Below, piece after piece: positions 1 through 10,034 of a stretch of DNA of 64,000 nt. Each line of letters opens with the position of its first letter. The stretch's first letter is position 1. This DNA comes from an uncultured Muribaculaceae bacterium (GTDB lineage Bacteria > Bacteroidota > Bacteroidia > Bacteroidales > Muribaculaceae). The stretch lies in NCBI GenBank assembly GCA_910578075.1, contig CAJTPK010000002.1:46479-110478 (forward strand). The letters run 5' to 3'. The notes under the pieces were generated by a model. That model made no database searches and was not told the DNA's origin. It saw only the letters and a program-made list of their open reading frames with translations. The position numbers and the translations under genes were made by a program.

Positions 1-102
1 GAATTCATAGTCTGAATTATCACCCTCCAGCTTGTCGCATGAAACGGAAGCAAGCACGACTGCAGTGAGCAGAATCTTATTCAATATTGACAGTATATTC
101 AT
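1..102 (-). CDS. Partial CDS (first 34 codons, continues past window start): putative lipoprotein downstream of SusD in the same PUL
   Basis: Minus-strand ATG at 102. The translation MNILSILNKILLTAVVLASVSCDKLEG... has a signal peptide with a lipobox-like LASVSC. It lies 28 nt after the SusD stop on the same strand. Confidence 0.45.
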   Translation of the reverse strand, partial: MNILSILNKILLTAVVLASVSCDKLEGDNSDYEF

Positions 103-130
103 AAAAATCATTGTTATTTTGCATTGGGTT

Positions 131-1885
131 TTAGAAATTCAGACCATCATCCCATCCGGGATTCTGTGTGATATTACCTTGAGTAAGGATACGGTCGTCT
201 GTTGGGATCGGGTAAAGGTAGTCTCTGTCCTGACGGAACGTGCGGGGAAAATCCGTATGCAGGATTATATTTCCGCTTGAACCCTCTGACAGGAATATGT
301 CTTTTCCTATTTCATACACAATTGGCGCTGATGTGGCGGGTTTGTTACCGCTCCACAGACATAGATCGGTTGTTCCGTCACCGTTGAGATCATAATTGCC
401 GGGTCCTGCGAAATACATTCCGTAGAAAGTGCGGGTGAACCGCTGGCCCTCATGCCAACGCATTATATCCCAATATCTGAATCCTTCCATCATCAGTTCG
501 ATGGTGCGTTCGCGGCGTATTTCAAGGATAACACCGGTGTTGGTTCCGGTGACATTCTGATACCCTGTCACCGGATCGAGCAGATAAGGATCAGGATGCG
601 CGTTGGCGTTACTCAGCGAAAGATTTGTCACGCCTGCACGGTCGCGAAGCGGCTTGATGGAAATATCGATATCAGATTGTGTAAGCGTGCCTAACTCGGC
701 TTTAGCCTCCGAATAATTGAGATATACTTCAGCTGCACGGAAAAGGGGCATGTCTACGAAAGATGTGTTGTAGGCATCATACTGCGCAGCCTGAAGGTAT
801 TTCACAGGTTGATACCCTGTCTCACAAGCCGCAAGGTTAGGGGCGCTTTCGGTAGATTCTCCAATCCGTTTATAACCCGGTGAACGCAGTGTCTGCGCGA
901 ACCGTTTGTCGCGGTTTTGTGATTCCTGCGTTAGTGTCATTGTTTCGAAAGCAGGGCGGGAGGTGAAAGGGGTGCCGTCGGTCAGGAGATACATGTTGAC
1001 AATATCCTTCAATATTCCCGGTCTTCCCTGTGACATGGAGGTAAGATATCCGTTAAGGTCATGTACCAATCCGATTGAAGAATTGTATGCACGGGCGAGT
1101 ACAATCTCCGTGCCTACCGCATTGAGCGAGGAGAAAAGCGAAAGGTATGGAGTACTGCCTTCATTATAGATTGAATATCCTGAGTTTTTAATGAAATCCT
1201 CTGATGCATCCGCGCATATGCGGAGCAATTTTTCCCATCCTTCGATTCCGTGATATTTGCGGAATGTGCCCTCGAAAAGAGTCACACGGCTTTTGAGAGC
1301 GAGCGCGGTCCATTTGGTCACGGTGTAGAGACTGCGTGATGCATCGAGGTTGGCAATGGCAAAATCAAGGTCTTCAATCATATGCTCCACAACCTCCTGC
1401 CGTGGTGTCCGTCCCATGTATAGCCTCTCATCGTCAGAAGAAAGAGCCACATCAAGCCATGGCACATCACCGTATCTTTTCACTTTCTCATAGTAGAAAT
1501 AAGCGCGGAAGAATCTTGCCACACCTTCATACTTAAGCCTGTCTGCCGTAATCTCGCAGTTCTTGGAATATTCAAGGAAAAAATTGATATCCCGGAGTTT
1601 ATCCCATTTCCACGAGGATGCGGTAGAAGGCACTTGTTTATTACCTAATACTTCAGATATAAGACTGGTTTTGGATATGATGTCGGCAGACTCTCCGTAG
1701 ATGTCGGATGCCGAAGGGAACATGGTGTAGAAATCGTTTGTAAAAAGCTCACATTCCGTTGCATTGCGGAAGAATGTGTCGGGGGTGAGTTTATCCTTGG
1801 GGTAACGGTCAAGGGCGCTTTCGCATCCTGCGAGCATCAGCATTCCGATTCCTGCCAAAGTGAATTTATATAATCGTAGTTTCAT
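131..1885 (-). CDS. SusD/RagB-family nutrient-binding outer-membrane lipoprotein
   Basis: 584 aa. The N-terminus MKLRLYKFTLAGIGMLMLAGCES has a lipobox. Size and TPR-like composition are typical of SusD, and it sits immediately downstream of a SusC-like gene (13-nt gap). Confidence 0.9.
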   Translation of the reverse strand: MKLRLYKFTLAGIGMLMLAGCESALDRYPKDKLTPDTFFRNATECELFTNDFYTMFPSASDIYGESADIISKTSLISEVLGNKQVPSTASSWKWDKLRDINFFLEYSKNCEITADRLKYEGVARFFRAYFYYEKVKRYGDVPWLDVALSSDDERLYMGRTPRQEVVEHMIEDLDFAIANLDASRSLYTVTKWTALALKSRVTLFEGTFRKYHGIEGWEKLLRICADASEDFIKNSGYSIYNEGSTPYLSLFSSLNAVGTEIVLARAYNSSIGLVHDLNGYLTSMSQGRPGILKDIVNMYLLTDGTPFTSRPAFETMTLTQESQNRDKRFAQTLRSPGYKRIGESTESAPNLAACETGYQPVKYLQAAQYDAYNTSFVDMPLFRAAEVYLNYSEAKAELGTLTQSDIDISIKPLRDRAGVTNLSLSNANAHPDPYLLDPVTGYQNVTGTNTGVILEIRRERTIELMMEGFRYWDIMRWHEGQRFTRTFYGMYFAGPGNYDLNGDGTTDLCLWSGNKPATSAPIVYEIGKDIFLSEGSSGNIILHTDFPRTFRQDRDYLYPIPTDDRILTQGNITQNPGWDDGLNF

Positions 1886-1898
1886 ATGATATGCGTTG

Positions 1899-4800
1899 TT
1901 AGAAGGTCACGTTAAGTCCGAAGGAAAATGTCTTGCTCCAGGGGTATACATTGGAACGATTGTCGGAAGCGGCGCTTGCCTCTTCAGGATCTATGAATTT
2001 GCTTTTGAGAGCTGTCCATGTCACAAGATTCTCACCGGAGAAATAGACGCGTATTTTCTGGAGATATATTTTCTTTGTCCATTTCTCAGGAAAAGTGTAT
2101 CCGATGGTCAGGTTTTTCAGACGGCAGTATGCCAGGTTCTGAAGATAACGGTCGTTGGCATAATATATCGTTGTGTTTGTGGCTGATAGCGCTGCATATG
2201 CCCTCGGACGCGGAAAGTATGCGTCTGTGTTTGTCTCGCTCCATACGTCGCTCATGAAATTGCGGGGAACGAACGTTGAGTAAGGGCGGGAATATGGTCC
2301 CCAGAAGCGCAGGTTGTCACCTCCCGGATACCAGTCTTTTCTGCCGATACCCTGGAAAAACAGGGATAGGTCAACACCATACCAGCTTGCATCAAGGTTT
2401 ATGCCGTATCGGAAACGGGGCACGGAATTACCGATAATCACGCGGTCACCCGGATCATCGAGTGTGCTTTTACCTGCGTTCACGAAGCCGTCACCGTTGA
2501 GGTCAAGATATTTGGGATCACCACCGCGTACTCCGATACCGTAGGCTCCGGTGGCGTTATAACAACCTTTCATAACATGAGTGAGGTCGAGATTTGCGGC
2601 ATATGCGGCAGCTTCTTCATCATTTTTGAAAAGACCGTCTATGCGGTAGCCCCATATCTCGCCTGTTTTCTTTCCAACGTAAGGGTCAGACAGAAGACCT
2701 GATGGGTTGTCGCATTTGGTATACTCCGATTCATATCCTGAGAATGTTACGGAAACACCATAGCTGAAGGGACGATGGGCAAGGTTGAAGGAGTCGTTCC
2801 AGCTCAAAGTAGCTTCATAACCACGTGTACGCATGTTGTTGGCATTTACCTGAGGCTCAGATGCTCCATAAAGAGAGGGTAGAGATTTGCCTTGGGCGAG
2901 AATACCTTTGACATTGCGCTCATACAGTTCTCCTGTGAACGACAGTCTGTTGTTTAGGAAACCGAGATCGAGACCTACATTGATTGTCTCGACTTTCTCC
3001 CATGTCTGGTCACCGGAGACGGGATCTGATACGGTGGCGTGTTGCCCGAGACTTGTTCCGTTGAATGAATACCCCGACATATTGCCTCGTGTCGAGATAG
3101 TCTGGATAAAATCATAATATCCAATCTGCTGGTTTCCGAGGGAACCGTATGAAGCCCTGATCTTCGCGTTGCTGACCGCACTGCGTAGTGGTTCAAAGAA
3201 TTTTTCCTCGCTTATTCTCCATCCGGCTGAGAATGACGGGAAGAATCCAAAACGGTTGCCTCGTGGGAAGCGGGATGTACCGTCATATCGACCATTGAGC
3301 TCCACAAGGTATCTGCCGTCGTAGTTATACATCAGACGGTAGAACAGACCCATGATTGCATATTCGTTCTTGCCTCCTGTCATGAGGAAATTGTTGGTTC
3401 CCGTTGCAAGATTGAAGTCAGAGAGATCTTCGGAAAGAAGATCCGTATTTTTGGAAGTGAGATATTTATAATACTTTGCTTCGTAGTTGTAACCGGCTAT
3501 TGCAGAGAAGTTATGCACGTCTTTCCAGCAGTTGTCGTATGATGCGTAAACATCGGCCACGTAATAGTTGGATTCCCTCACCACTTCTTTATATGCATCG
3601 GAATGGGCGCCGCTCTTAGCTTCCTGCGCGATCACTCCGGGATATTGGGAATACTCCACGGCTACGCTGCGGAAATCATCGCGGCGATTTGTGTATGTAT
3701 AGCTGAAATCAGCTCTTACATTCAGATTTGGGGTTATCTTGTACATGAGATCGAACATAGTTGTCAACTCTCTTGTCCTGTTGTGACCCCCGGTCTTACC
3801 TTTCTGCAGAACCGCGTTATATCCGTCCATTAGATAATGGGCGGAGGAGTTTGTGGCGGAAGTGTGGCTCACAGCCGTGCCATCGGGATTCACAGGCACC
3901 ATGGATGCCAGAGCGTGAAGGGTAGGGCGGCGGAAGTTGTAATATTCACCATTGTTGTCGGAATCGTATCCTTTGTAGTTGTATTCTGAGTAGAAAAATT
4001 TCGTATTGTTTGAGAGAGTGAGATTGGGAAGAATATCAACCGACAGTTTGACGCGGGTGTTGTACGATTTGAATTTGTCAGGCTGAACACGGTTCACACC
4101 CTCCTGCTCATAATATCGTCCGGAGACGAGATATTTGAAGGATTTTGTTCCACCTGATACACTGATGTTATGATCCCATGAGGGACGTGTGTTGTCATAC
4201 ATATAGTTATACCAGTCAAAGTTGGCAAGGTAGAGGTATTCTTTCCTGCCATTCTTTGTCTGCGTTATCACCCATGGACGTTCAGGATTCTCTGTGACAT
4301 CATTACGACGGTCCCATAGCATCTGATATTCTTCATCCGTATAAGAAGTATATGGAGTGTTCTGTTGGGTTGTAAGGAAGAGGTCTGCTATCTTTGCGGA
4401 GTAATAACCACGTGTCTCGAAATCTGTGGATGTTGTAGTGGTGGAGAATGAATAACTGCCGCTGTAGCTTACAGTGGGTTTCTGATCGGTTTTACCATTC
4501 TTTGTCGTGATTAGGATTACACCGAATGCCGCTCTTGCACCATATATTGCTGCGGAGGCGGCATCTTTTAGGACAGATATGCTCTCAACGTCATTTGAAT
4601 TTATACGACTTATGTCACCTTCCACACCATCGATCAGCACCAACGGACTGCCTCCGTTGGGAGAGGTGGTGCCTCGCACGTTCAATGTCGCTCCTGCTCC
4701 CGGCTGTCCCGACTGTAATGTAACGTTAAGGTTAGGTACCATTCCCTGCAACTGACGACCGAGATTATCGATGGGGCGGTCTTTCAGATCTTCCGCAGAT

Positions 4801-5462
4801 ACAGTCGACACTGCTCCGGTGAGGTTTATTTTCTTTTGTGCACCATATCCGACAACAACCACTTCGTCAAGTAGTTCGGAACTTTCGGTCATGGAGATAT
4901 CGTAATTATCCTTGGTTCCGACTTTGAATGAAGCGGGGGTGTAACCGACATATGAAAGTGTAACCTCCTGTCCAGGGGTAACATCCGGAAGTGTGAAATT
5001 CCCGTCGATATCCGTTATGGCTCCTGTGGTTGTTCCTTTGGCCATGACAGTGACTCCGATAAGCGGTTCACCGGATTTGTCGGTTATTTTACCGGAAATA
5101 TTCCTTGTTGATGCTTTCTTTGGTTCCGGTTTGCTTGCTTTTGCTTTAGGAATTATAACAATGGATTTTGCACTGACAATCTCATAAGTCAAGGATGTCT
5201 TTTCAAAAAGTTTCTTAAGGACCTTGTCAAGCAACTGGTTGCGACAATTAATTGAGACTGGAGGAAGACCGGCGAGCACCGATTCCTTGAAGGAGAAACG
5301 ATAATCGGTCTGTTGCTCGATCTTCTTGAGAACTTGTTCCACTGGAACATCGCTGACATTCAGAGTAACTTTAGGGTAATCAGCTGCCCTTGCAGCGAAG
5401 TTTACCGTCAGGGTAATCAGAATAAGCAGCAAAGTGTGTTTATAAAAACCACGCTGTTTCAT
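1899..5462 (-). CDS. SusC/RagA-family TonB-dependent transporter with N-terminal STN signalling domain (trans-envelope signalling type)
   Basis: 1187 aa. After the signal peptide comes an STN-like extension (VTLNVSDVPVEQVLKKIEQQTDYRFSF...), then a CarboxypepD_reg-like segment (ISGKITDKSGEPLIGVTVMAKGTTTGAITDIDGNF), then plug and barrel, with a C-terminal aromatic ...GLNVTF. An anti-sigma/ECF sigma pair lies upstream. Confidence 0.92.
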   Translation of the reverse strand: MKQRGFYKHTLLLILITLTVNFAARAADYPKVTLNVSDVPVEQVLKKIEQQTDYRFSFKESVLAGLPPVSINCRNQLLDKVLKKLFEKTSLTYEIVSAKSIVIIPKAKASKPEPKKASTRNISGKITDKSGEPLIGVTVMAKGTTTGAITDIDGNFTLPDVTPGQEVTLSYVGYTPASFKVGTKDNYDISMTESSELLDEVVVVGYGAQKKINLTGAVSTVSAEDLKDRPIDNLGRQLQGMVPNLNVTLQSGQPGAGATLNVRGTTSPNGGSPLVLIDGVEGDISRINSNDVESISVLKDAASAAIYGARAAFGVILITTKNGKTDQKPTVSYSGSYSFSTTTTSTDFETRGYYSAKIADLFLTTQQNTPYTSYTDEEYQMLWDRRNDVTENPERPWVITQTKNGRKEYLYLANFDWYNYMYDNTRPSWDHNISVSGGTKSFKYLVSGRYYEQEGVNRVQPDKFKSYNTRVKLSVDILPNLTLSNNTKFFYSEYNYKGYDSDNNGEYYNFRRPTLHALASMVPVNPDGTAVSHTSATNSSAHYLMDGYNAVLQKGKTGGHNRTRELTTMFDLMYKITPNLNVRADFSYTYTNRRDDFRSVAVEYSQYPGVIAQEAKSGAHSDAYKEVVRESNYYVADVYASYDNCWKDVHNFSAIAGYNYEAKYYKYLTSKNTDLLSEDLSDFNLATGTNNFLMTGGKNEYAIMGLFYRLMYNYDGRYLVELNGRYDGTSRFPRGNRFGFFPSFSAGWRISEEKFFEPLRSAVSNAKIRASYGSLGNQQIGYYDFIQTISTRGNMSGYSFNGTSLGQHATVSDPVSGDQTWEKVETINVGLDLGFLNNRLSFTGELYERNVKGILAQGKSLPSLYGASEPQVNANNMRTRGYEATLSWNDSFNLAHRPFSYGVSVTFSGYESEYTKCDNPSGLLSDPYVGKKTGEIWGYRIDGLFKNDEEAAAYAANLDLTHVMKGCYNATGAYGIGVRGGDPKYLDLNGDGFVNAGKSTLDDPGDRVIIGNSVPRFRYGINLDASWYGVDLSLFFQGIGRKDWYPGGDNLRFWGPYSRPYSTFVPRNFMSDVWSETNTDAYFPRPRAYAALSATNTTIYYANDRYLQNLAYCRLKNLTIGYTFPEKWTKKIYLQKIRVYFSGENLVTWTALKSKFIDPEEASAASDNRSNVYPWSKTFSFGLNVTF

Positions 5463-5566
5463 GAATTTGAAGATTAGTTAACGTTTTTTTATTATTGTTG
5501 CCTAATCTTCTGATTCGTACTATCCTCAAAACATGTTTTTCAGCATACCTCCTTGAGCATGTTGGC

Positions 5567-5738
5567 TCAAACCATTATAACCAAGGGTAACCATTATACT
5601 TCAAATAAATATTAATCAAACCATTATAACCATTAAAAACTATCAAAAGCGAAGCTTTTGAATGGTTATAATGGTTTCTTATAATATGGTTTAAATTTCT
5701 GGAATAAAAATGGTTACCCTTGGTTATAATGGTTTGAG
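5567..5738. repeat. Nested palindromic 'AACCATT' element (family C) between the anti-sigma stop and the susC start
   Basis: A perfect 30-bp inverted repeat: ctcaaaccattataaccaagggtaaccatt (5567-5596) pairs with aatggttacccttggttataatggtttgag (5709-5738). It encloses a second IR (aaaccattataaccatt / aatggttataatggttt) and a central palindrome caaaagcgaagcttttg. Confidence 0.8.
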
Positions 5739-5794
5739 AAAATTAGTTGAATTTATAATGGTAAGATGTGTATTGTATGAAATTGGTTGGAGAG

Positions 5795-6733
5795 TCAGCG
5801 GGTGGCGTAGATGCGGGAGAGGATGCGGAGGGCATTGTCAAGATCATCGGCAGGGAGTGTGCCTGTGAAATTTTCATCAATGCTGTTCTTTATTTCCGGT
5901 TTAAGTGAGGTGTTGTAGTTTTGTTCTATGCGGTCGATGAGAAATTCCGGTGTGGCATTCTCGAAATGCAATTCCATTGTTGTCCATGAAGATGACCCTT
6001 GATGATAGTCTATGGGTTTGACAGTTATTTCACCTGATTCATTGTCAAGGATAATCTTTGTTCCGGGTTTCACGTCTACCGTCTTAGTGGTATTGTTTAC
6101 TTCTACTGTGACATTACCATTGTCGAGTGTCAATTCCGAATATTTTGCCCTGGGTCGTGACATGATATTGAAGGCTGTGCCTTTCACAGATACAGTCATG
6201 GATGGCGTAGTGATAATGAAAGGGGCTTCGGGATTGCTTGCGACTTCAAAATATGCCTCGCCGTCAAAAGATACCTCACGGCAATCTTTCTTGAAACCGG
6301 AAGGGAAGGAAAATGATGAATTCCCATTGATTTTTACGGACGTTCCGTCGGATAATGTCAGTGAAGATGTCTCGCCGGTGGCGGTTGTAACATTACAGAT
6401 TCCTTGCGGAGCCTGTTGTCTGCCGTCAAAATATATCCATGCTGCGCCAATGACGCAGATAGGCAGGATTACTGACGCTGCTATCCAAAGGGTACGTTTC
6501 CAACTCCATCCTTTACGATGGAAATTTTCTCCGAATAACTCTCCGTCGATGTTCTCTTTTGTACGGTCGATCATTTCCTGTGAAACCTGAACGGAATTAG
6601 TGTTCTCCAAATCAAGATTTCTGATGAGATCTTCAAGCTGCTCATCAGAAGCCGCGTTGAAACGTTTCCGCAACTCTAAGAGTTCCCGGGGAGAGAGCTT
6701 GTCATTTATAAGTTTTTCGAATAAATCATCCAT
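5795..6733 (-). CDS. FecR-family anti-sigma factor
   Basis: 312 aa with one central TM segment (LWIAASVILPICVIGAAWIYF) and a FecR-like periplasmic domain (DGEAYFEVA...TVSVKGTAFNI). It lies downstream of an ECF sigma gene. Confidence 0.85.
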   Translation of the reverse strand: MDDLFEKLINDKLSPRELLELRKRFNAASDEQLEDLIRNLDLENTNSVQVSQEMIDRTKENIDGELFGENFHRKGWSWKRTLWIAASVILPICVIGAAWIYFDGRQQAPQGICNVTTATGETSSLTLSDGTSVKINGNSSFSFPSGFKKDCREVSFDGEAYFEVASNPEAPFIITTPSMTVSVKGTAFNIMSRPRAKYSELTLDNGNVTVEVNNTTKTVDVKPGTKIILDNESGEITVKPIDYHQGSSSWTTMELHFENATPEFLIDRIEQNYNTSLKPEIKNSIDENFTGTLPADDLDNALRILSRIYATR

Positions 6734-6760
6734 GGTGAGAAGTCAATATAGGTGGTTAGA

Positions 6761-7357
6761 TTAGTTTATAATGGTATGTATATGCGCTGAGCACAATAGC
6801 AGAGGCATCAGTGGGAATATGTCTGGGTATCTGGAAAGCCGTTGTCTTAAGGTTTTAAGACCTGTAGACAACGCGTTTTTGACAGTCTGGATATTGAGAT
6901 TCATATTTTCTGCAATCTCCTTGTTTGATAGTCCGTGGAATTTTGAAAGTAATATTGCTTCTCTCTGTGACCGCGGAAGGTTGTTGATCTCATCAAGAAC
7001 GATTCTCCTGAACTCCTCATATTCAACCGGAGCATGGTTGTCAGTGGGGTGGATCTCATCACGTATATCAAGAAATTGCTCGTATATGGGGCTGTTAAGC
7101 TTCTTGCGGAAATAATACAGAATCTTATTTCGCAGTGCGCCATAAAGAAAAGGAGACAGAGTCTGTGTATTCTGAAGGGTATGCCGGTTTTTCCAAAGCG
7201 ATATGAAAATATCCTGTATTATCTCTTCCATATCCTCAACGATATGGATATAAGAGAGACAACTGGACATGAGTCTCGGGGCATACAATTCGTAAATCAT
7301 GTCGAATGCACGCCGGTCATCGTTTTTCAAACGTATTATAAGGTCTTGTTCCCTCAT
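6761..7357 (-). CDS. ECF (sigma-70 family) RNA polymerase sigma factor
   Basis: 198 aa with region 2 (FDMIYELYAPRLMSSCLSYI...QDIFISLW) and a region 4 HTH (LSNKEIAENMNLNIQTVKNALSTGLKTLR). Confidence 0.9.
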   Translation of the reverse strand: MREQDLIIRLKNDDRRAFDMIYELYAPRLMSSCLSYIHIVEDMEEIIQDIFISLWKNRHTLQNTQTLSPFLYGALRNKILYYFRKKLNSPIYEQFLDIRDEIHPTDNHAPVEYEEFRRIVLDEINNLPRSQREAILLSKFHGLSNKEIAENMNLNIQTVKNALSTGLKTLRQRLSRYPDIFPLMPLLLCSAHIHTIIN

Positions 7358-7525
7358 GCCGTCTCAATTGATACGCCCTGTCATATTTTCAGTTGCTCCA
7401 TATTTATTAAAGTACCATTATAAGTAGCGATTTAATTTGAACAGCTGCTTATGCACATTAATTTTATATTATAACTGAATATAAACGTATTTATTGGGTC
7501 GACGACAATTTTCTGAAACTGGGCC

Positions 7526-8779
7526 TTAATCGGGGAGTGTATGGTCAGCAGCGTTGAAGACGAAGCTTTTTCGGCAAATTATCGCCCAGATGAGGATGGC
7601 GACGGTGAATGTGCCGTTGAAGATGTATGCGAATTCGGGATCAGATCCGGCATGAAATATTTTTGACATTGCGTCAATGACAAAAGGAGTGATGGCTATA
7701 CCTACATAGTTGCCGGATAACAGATAAGAAAAATATCGCGTAGATGCGTCAGGCGAAGGTGCCACGCGCGTGGTTTTATCGTATACCACGGGCTGGATTA
7801 TGCCATATCCGAATCCGAATATGAAGATTGATATGCAGTAGGAAATGTCGGTATGGAAAATGGCCACACAGTAAAGACCTATGGCGATTATCAGAATAGC
7901 TGCCTGAATGGTGAGTTTTCCCATTACCTTAATAATGTAGGGGAGTAGGAATCCGGATACGGCTGCAGCGAGATAATACATGGCAGTTGCAATTCCTACC
8001 TGACCGGAATTGAAATTGAAATGCTGCATTGTGAATGGGATGTAGTAGCTTACAACCATCGTCCCGTATGTCATGGCGACATATATGCCAATCAATCCAG
8101 CCATCAGCCAGAATATACGCTTGGGAGTCAGTATGCCCGACGCTTTTTTCTCCGCTGTATTTACAACGGCTGTCTTTGTAGGATCGAGCTTGCGGTTGCG
8201 GCTGATGAAACGGTCGGTCATGAAGGGCACAAGAGCAAGCGGTATGACAGGTGTCAGATAAATCAGAAATGAATAATGCCAGTCGAACTCTGCCATCCAC
8301 CCAACGAATACAGTGCCGATAATTACCATGAAATTGCTTAGTCCGGATTTCTTACCGAGTGCACTGACCCTTGATTCTCCTTCGAAATATTGTGATATGA
8401 GACTTGCCGCCAATGGGATGACAAGACCGCATCCAATACCTAAGATACATCCCAAGATGATAAGTTGATTGATCGATGAGGCGAATAAATACGCTATCCC
8501 CGCTGCGGCGTATATTATCAGTCCTGCTGCCAACACGCCGATCTGCCGGCTGCGTGTGGCAATCTTGCCTGCGAGAAGTATGAATGGTATCACCACTACG
8601 TTTGGCAGGACTTCAAGAAGCTGTATCTGAAGATCTGACACGTGCGGAAACACATCATGAAGCTTACCCTCTATAGGGGAGATGGCAAGACCGGGAAGGT
8701 TCACTGTCAATGATATTGACAGGATCGCAAGCAGGGAGATAAGAGGCATCTGCCCGTTACCGGAATTTATGTAACGCAT
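7526..8779 (-). CDS. MFS-type transporter
   Basis: 417 aa with about 12 hydrophobic helices arranged as two halves around a central basic loop (RNRKLDPTKT...). Confidence 0.75.
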   Translation of the reverse strand: MRYINSGNGQMPLISLLAILSISLTVNLPGLAISPIEGKLHDVFPHVSDLQIQLLEVLPNVVVIPFILLAGKIATRSRQIGVLAAGLIIYAAAGIAYLFASSINQLIILGCILGIGCGLVIPLAASLISQYFEGESRVSALGKKSGLSNFMVIIGTVFVGWMAEFDWHYSFLIYLTPVIPLALVPFMTDRFISRNRKLDPTKTAVVNTAEKKASGILTPKRIFWLMAGLIGIYVAMTYGTMVVSYYIPFTMQHFNFNSGQVGIATAMYYLAAAVSGFLLPYIIKVMGKLTIQAAILIIAIGLYCVAIFHTDISYCISIFIFGFGYGIIQPVVYDKTTRVAPSPDASTRYFSYLLSGNYVGIAITPFVIDAMSKIFHAGSDPEFAYIFNGTFTVAILIWAIICRKSFVFNAADHTLPD

Positions 8780-8800
8780 GGCATATTAGTTTTATAAATA

Positions 8801-8836
8801 TAAAACGCGTCCAAGCCGTAAAGGTTTGGACGCGCT
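8801..8836 (-). terminator. Rho-independent-like terminator after the dedA-like gene
   Basis: GC-rich hairpin cgcgtccaa(gcc gtaaa ggt)ttggacgcg. On the minus strand it is followed by a T-rich run (ttttatatttat). Confidence 0.5.
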
Positions 8837-8882
8837 AAGTGCAAAGCACTGATATATTATGCCATTGCCATGAAGCGGACTC

Positions 8883-9557
8883 TTAGTGCTTCTTTTTTCG
8901 GAAAGCATTATAGAGTATATATGCCAGGCAAAGGAGTCCGAGTGCATATCCGGCGTATGTGAGATAGGAATTGTATTGTTCCACTTTCTCAAACAGCATG
9001 TCGGGGCTAACATGACGGGAGAGCCAATACCCGAGGAATGCAAGGATAGCGTTCCATACAAGTGCTCCTAATGAGGTGAACAAGGCGAATTGCGCCACGT
9101 TCATTTTTGATATGCCGGCCGGAATAGAGATTAGTTGTCGTATAGCCGGAATAAGCCGACCGATGAACGTGGATATCGCTCCATGACGGTCAAAATATGT
9201 TTCCGCTTTCTCAACTTTTTGCCTGTCTATGAGGCATGCGTGTCCCAAACGACTGTCGGCAAAGCGGTAGACAACCGGGCGCCCGATCCATAGGGCGAGA
9301 TAATAATTGATGAATGCGCCTACAAGAGCACCGAGTGTGGCAACCACCACTACCATGTATATGTTCATGTCGCTGCCTGCTCCTGCGTTTGTGCATGCAA
9401 GGTAAGCGGCGGGCGGAACAATTACTTCCGAGGGGAAGGGTATGAAACTGCTCTCGATCACCATAAATACAAATACGAAAAGATAGCTTGCGTGAGCCAC
9501 AAACCACTGGAAAAATTCACTGGCATCAAACAGAGCCAAAGGTATCAAGTCAAGCAT
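8883..9557 (-). CDS. DedA-family (SNARE-associated) membrane protein
   Basis: 224 aa with the DedA-like motif region VIESSFIPFPSEVIVPPAAY and multiple TM helices. Confidence 0.85.
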   Translation of the reverse strand: MLDLIPLALFDASEFFQWFVAHASYLFVFVFMVIESSFIPFPSEVIVPPAAYLACTNAGAGSDMNIYMVVVVATLGALVGAFINYYLALWIGRPVVYRFADSRLGHACLIDRQKVEKAETYFDRHGAISTFIGRLIPAIRQLISIPAGISKMNVAQFALFTSLGALVWNAILAFLGYWLSRHVSPDMLFEKVEQYNSYLTYAGYALGLLCLAYILYNAFRKKKH

Positions 9558-9659
9558 AGTTTTATTTAATAAGACTGTTCAGTTTATGTAATAAATCTTT
9601 AGTTATGATCAAAAGTTCCTCAATTTCATCCCGTTCATAGTCGAAGGTGTCGCTGTCAG

Positions 9660-9983
9660 TCATTCCCATAATACGATACCCTCTTTTGAAATATTATTGT
9701 AAAGATTAATGTAATGTTGTTTGCTATCCATTTCTGAAAAAGTGGATATTATCGGGTTAATTTCTACGTTAAGATCCCAGCCTAATTCTCTAAAAGGATA
9801 ACCGTAATCATCAATATCTTGTAGTGTCCTTTTGGATTTATTCGAAAGAACCAAGATATCCCAATCCGAGACTTCATTCGTTACTCCACGAGCTCTGGAA
9901 CCAAACAGAATTAGTTTGGCCCCCTGAGGGAGTATTGTTGAAGCAAGTTTCTTCATCGCAAGTATAATTTGTTTCCTATCCAT
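9660..9983 (-). CDS. Minimal nucleotidyltransferase (MNT-type, pol-beta superfamily; antitoxin-like)
   Basis: 107 aa with the GS-x-x-RG and DxD signature in LFGSRARGVTNEVSDWDILV. Confidence 0.8.
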   Translation of the reverse strand: MDRKQIILAMKKLASTILPQGAKLILFGSRARGVTNEVSDWDILVLSNKSKRTLQDIDDYGYPFRELGWDLNVEINPIISTFSEMDSKQHYINLYNNISKEGIVLWE

Positions 9984-10034
9984 TTTTATTAGATGAATTT
10001 GGTTTTAAGAACTTATTCTTATACACTGACCTAA

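Noticed and set aside
1-6. The window begins with GAATTC (EcoRI), which might suggest a cloning boundary.
   Set aside because: A single 6-mer at an arbitrary window edge carries no information.
6012-6590. A long antisense ORF (192 aa) lies opposite the anti-sigma gene. Similar shadow ORFs lie inside susC, the MFS gene, nhaC (47391-48095, 234 aa), cstA, cbiP and others.
   Set aside because: Each lies entirely within a well-supported gene on the other strand and has a biased, low-complexity composition. These are typical shadow frames.
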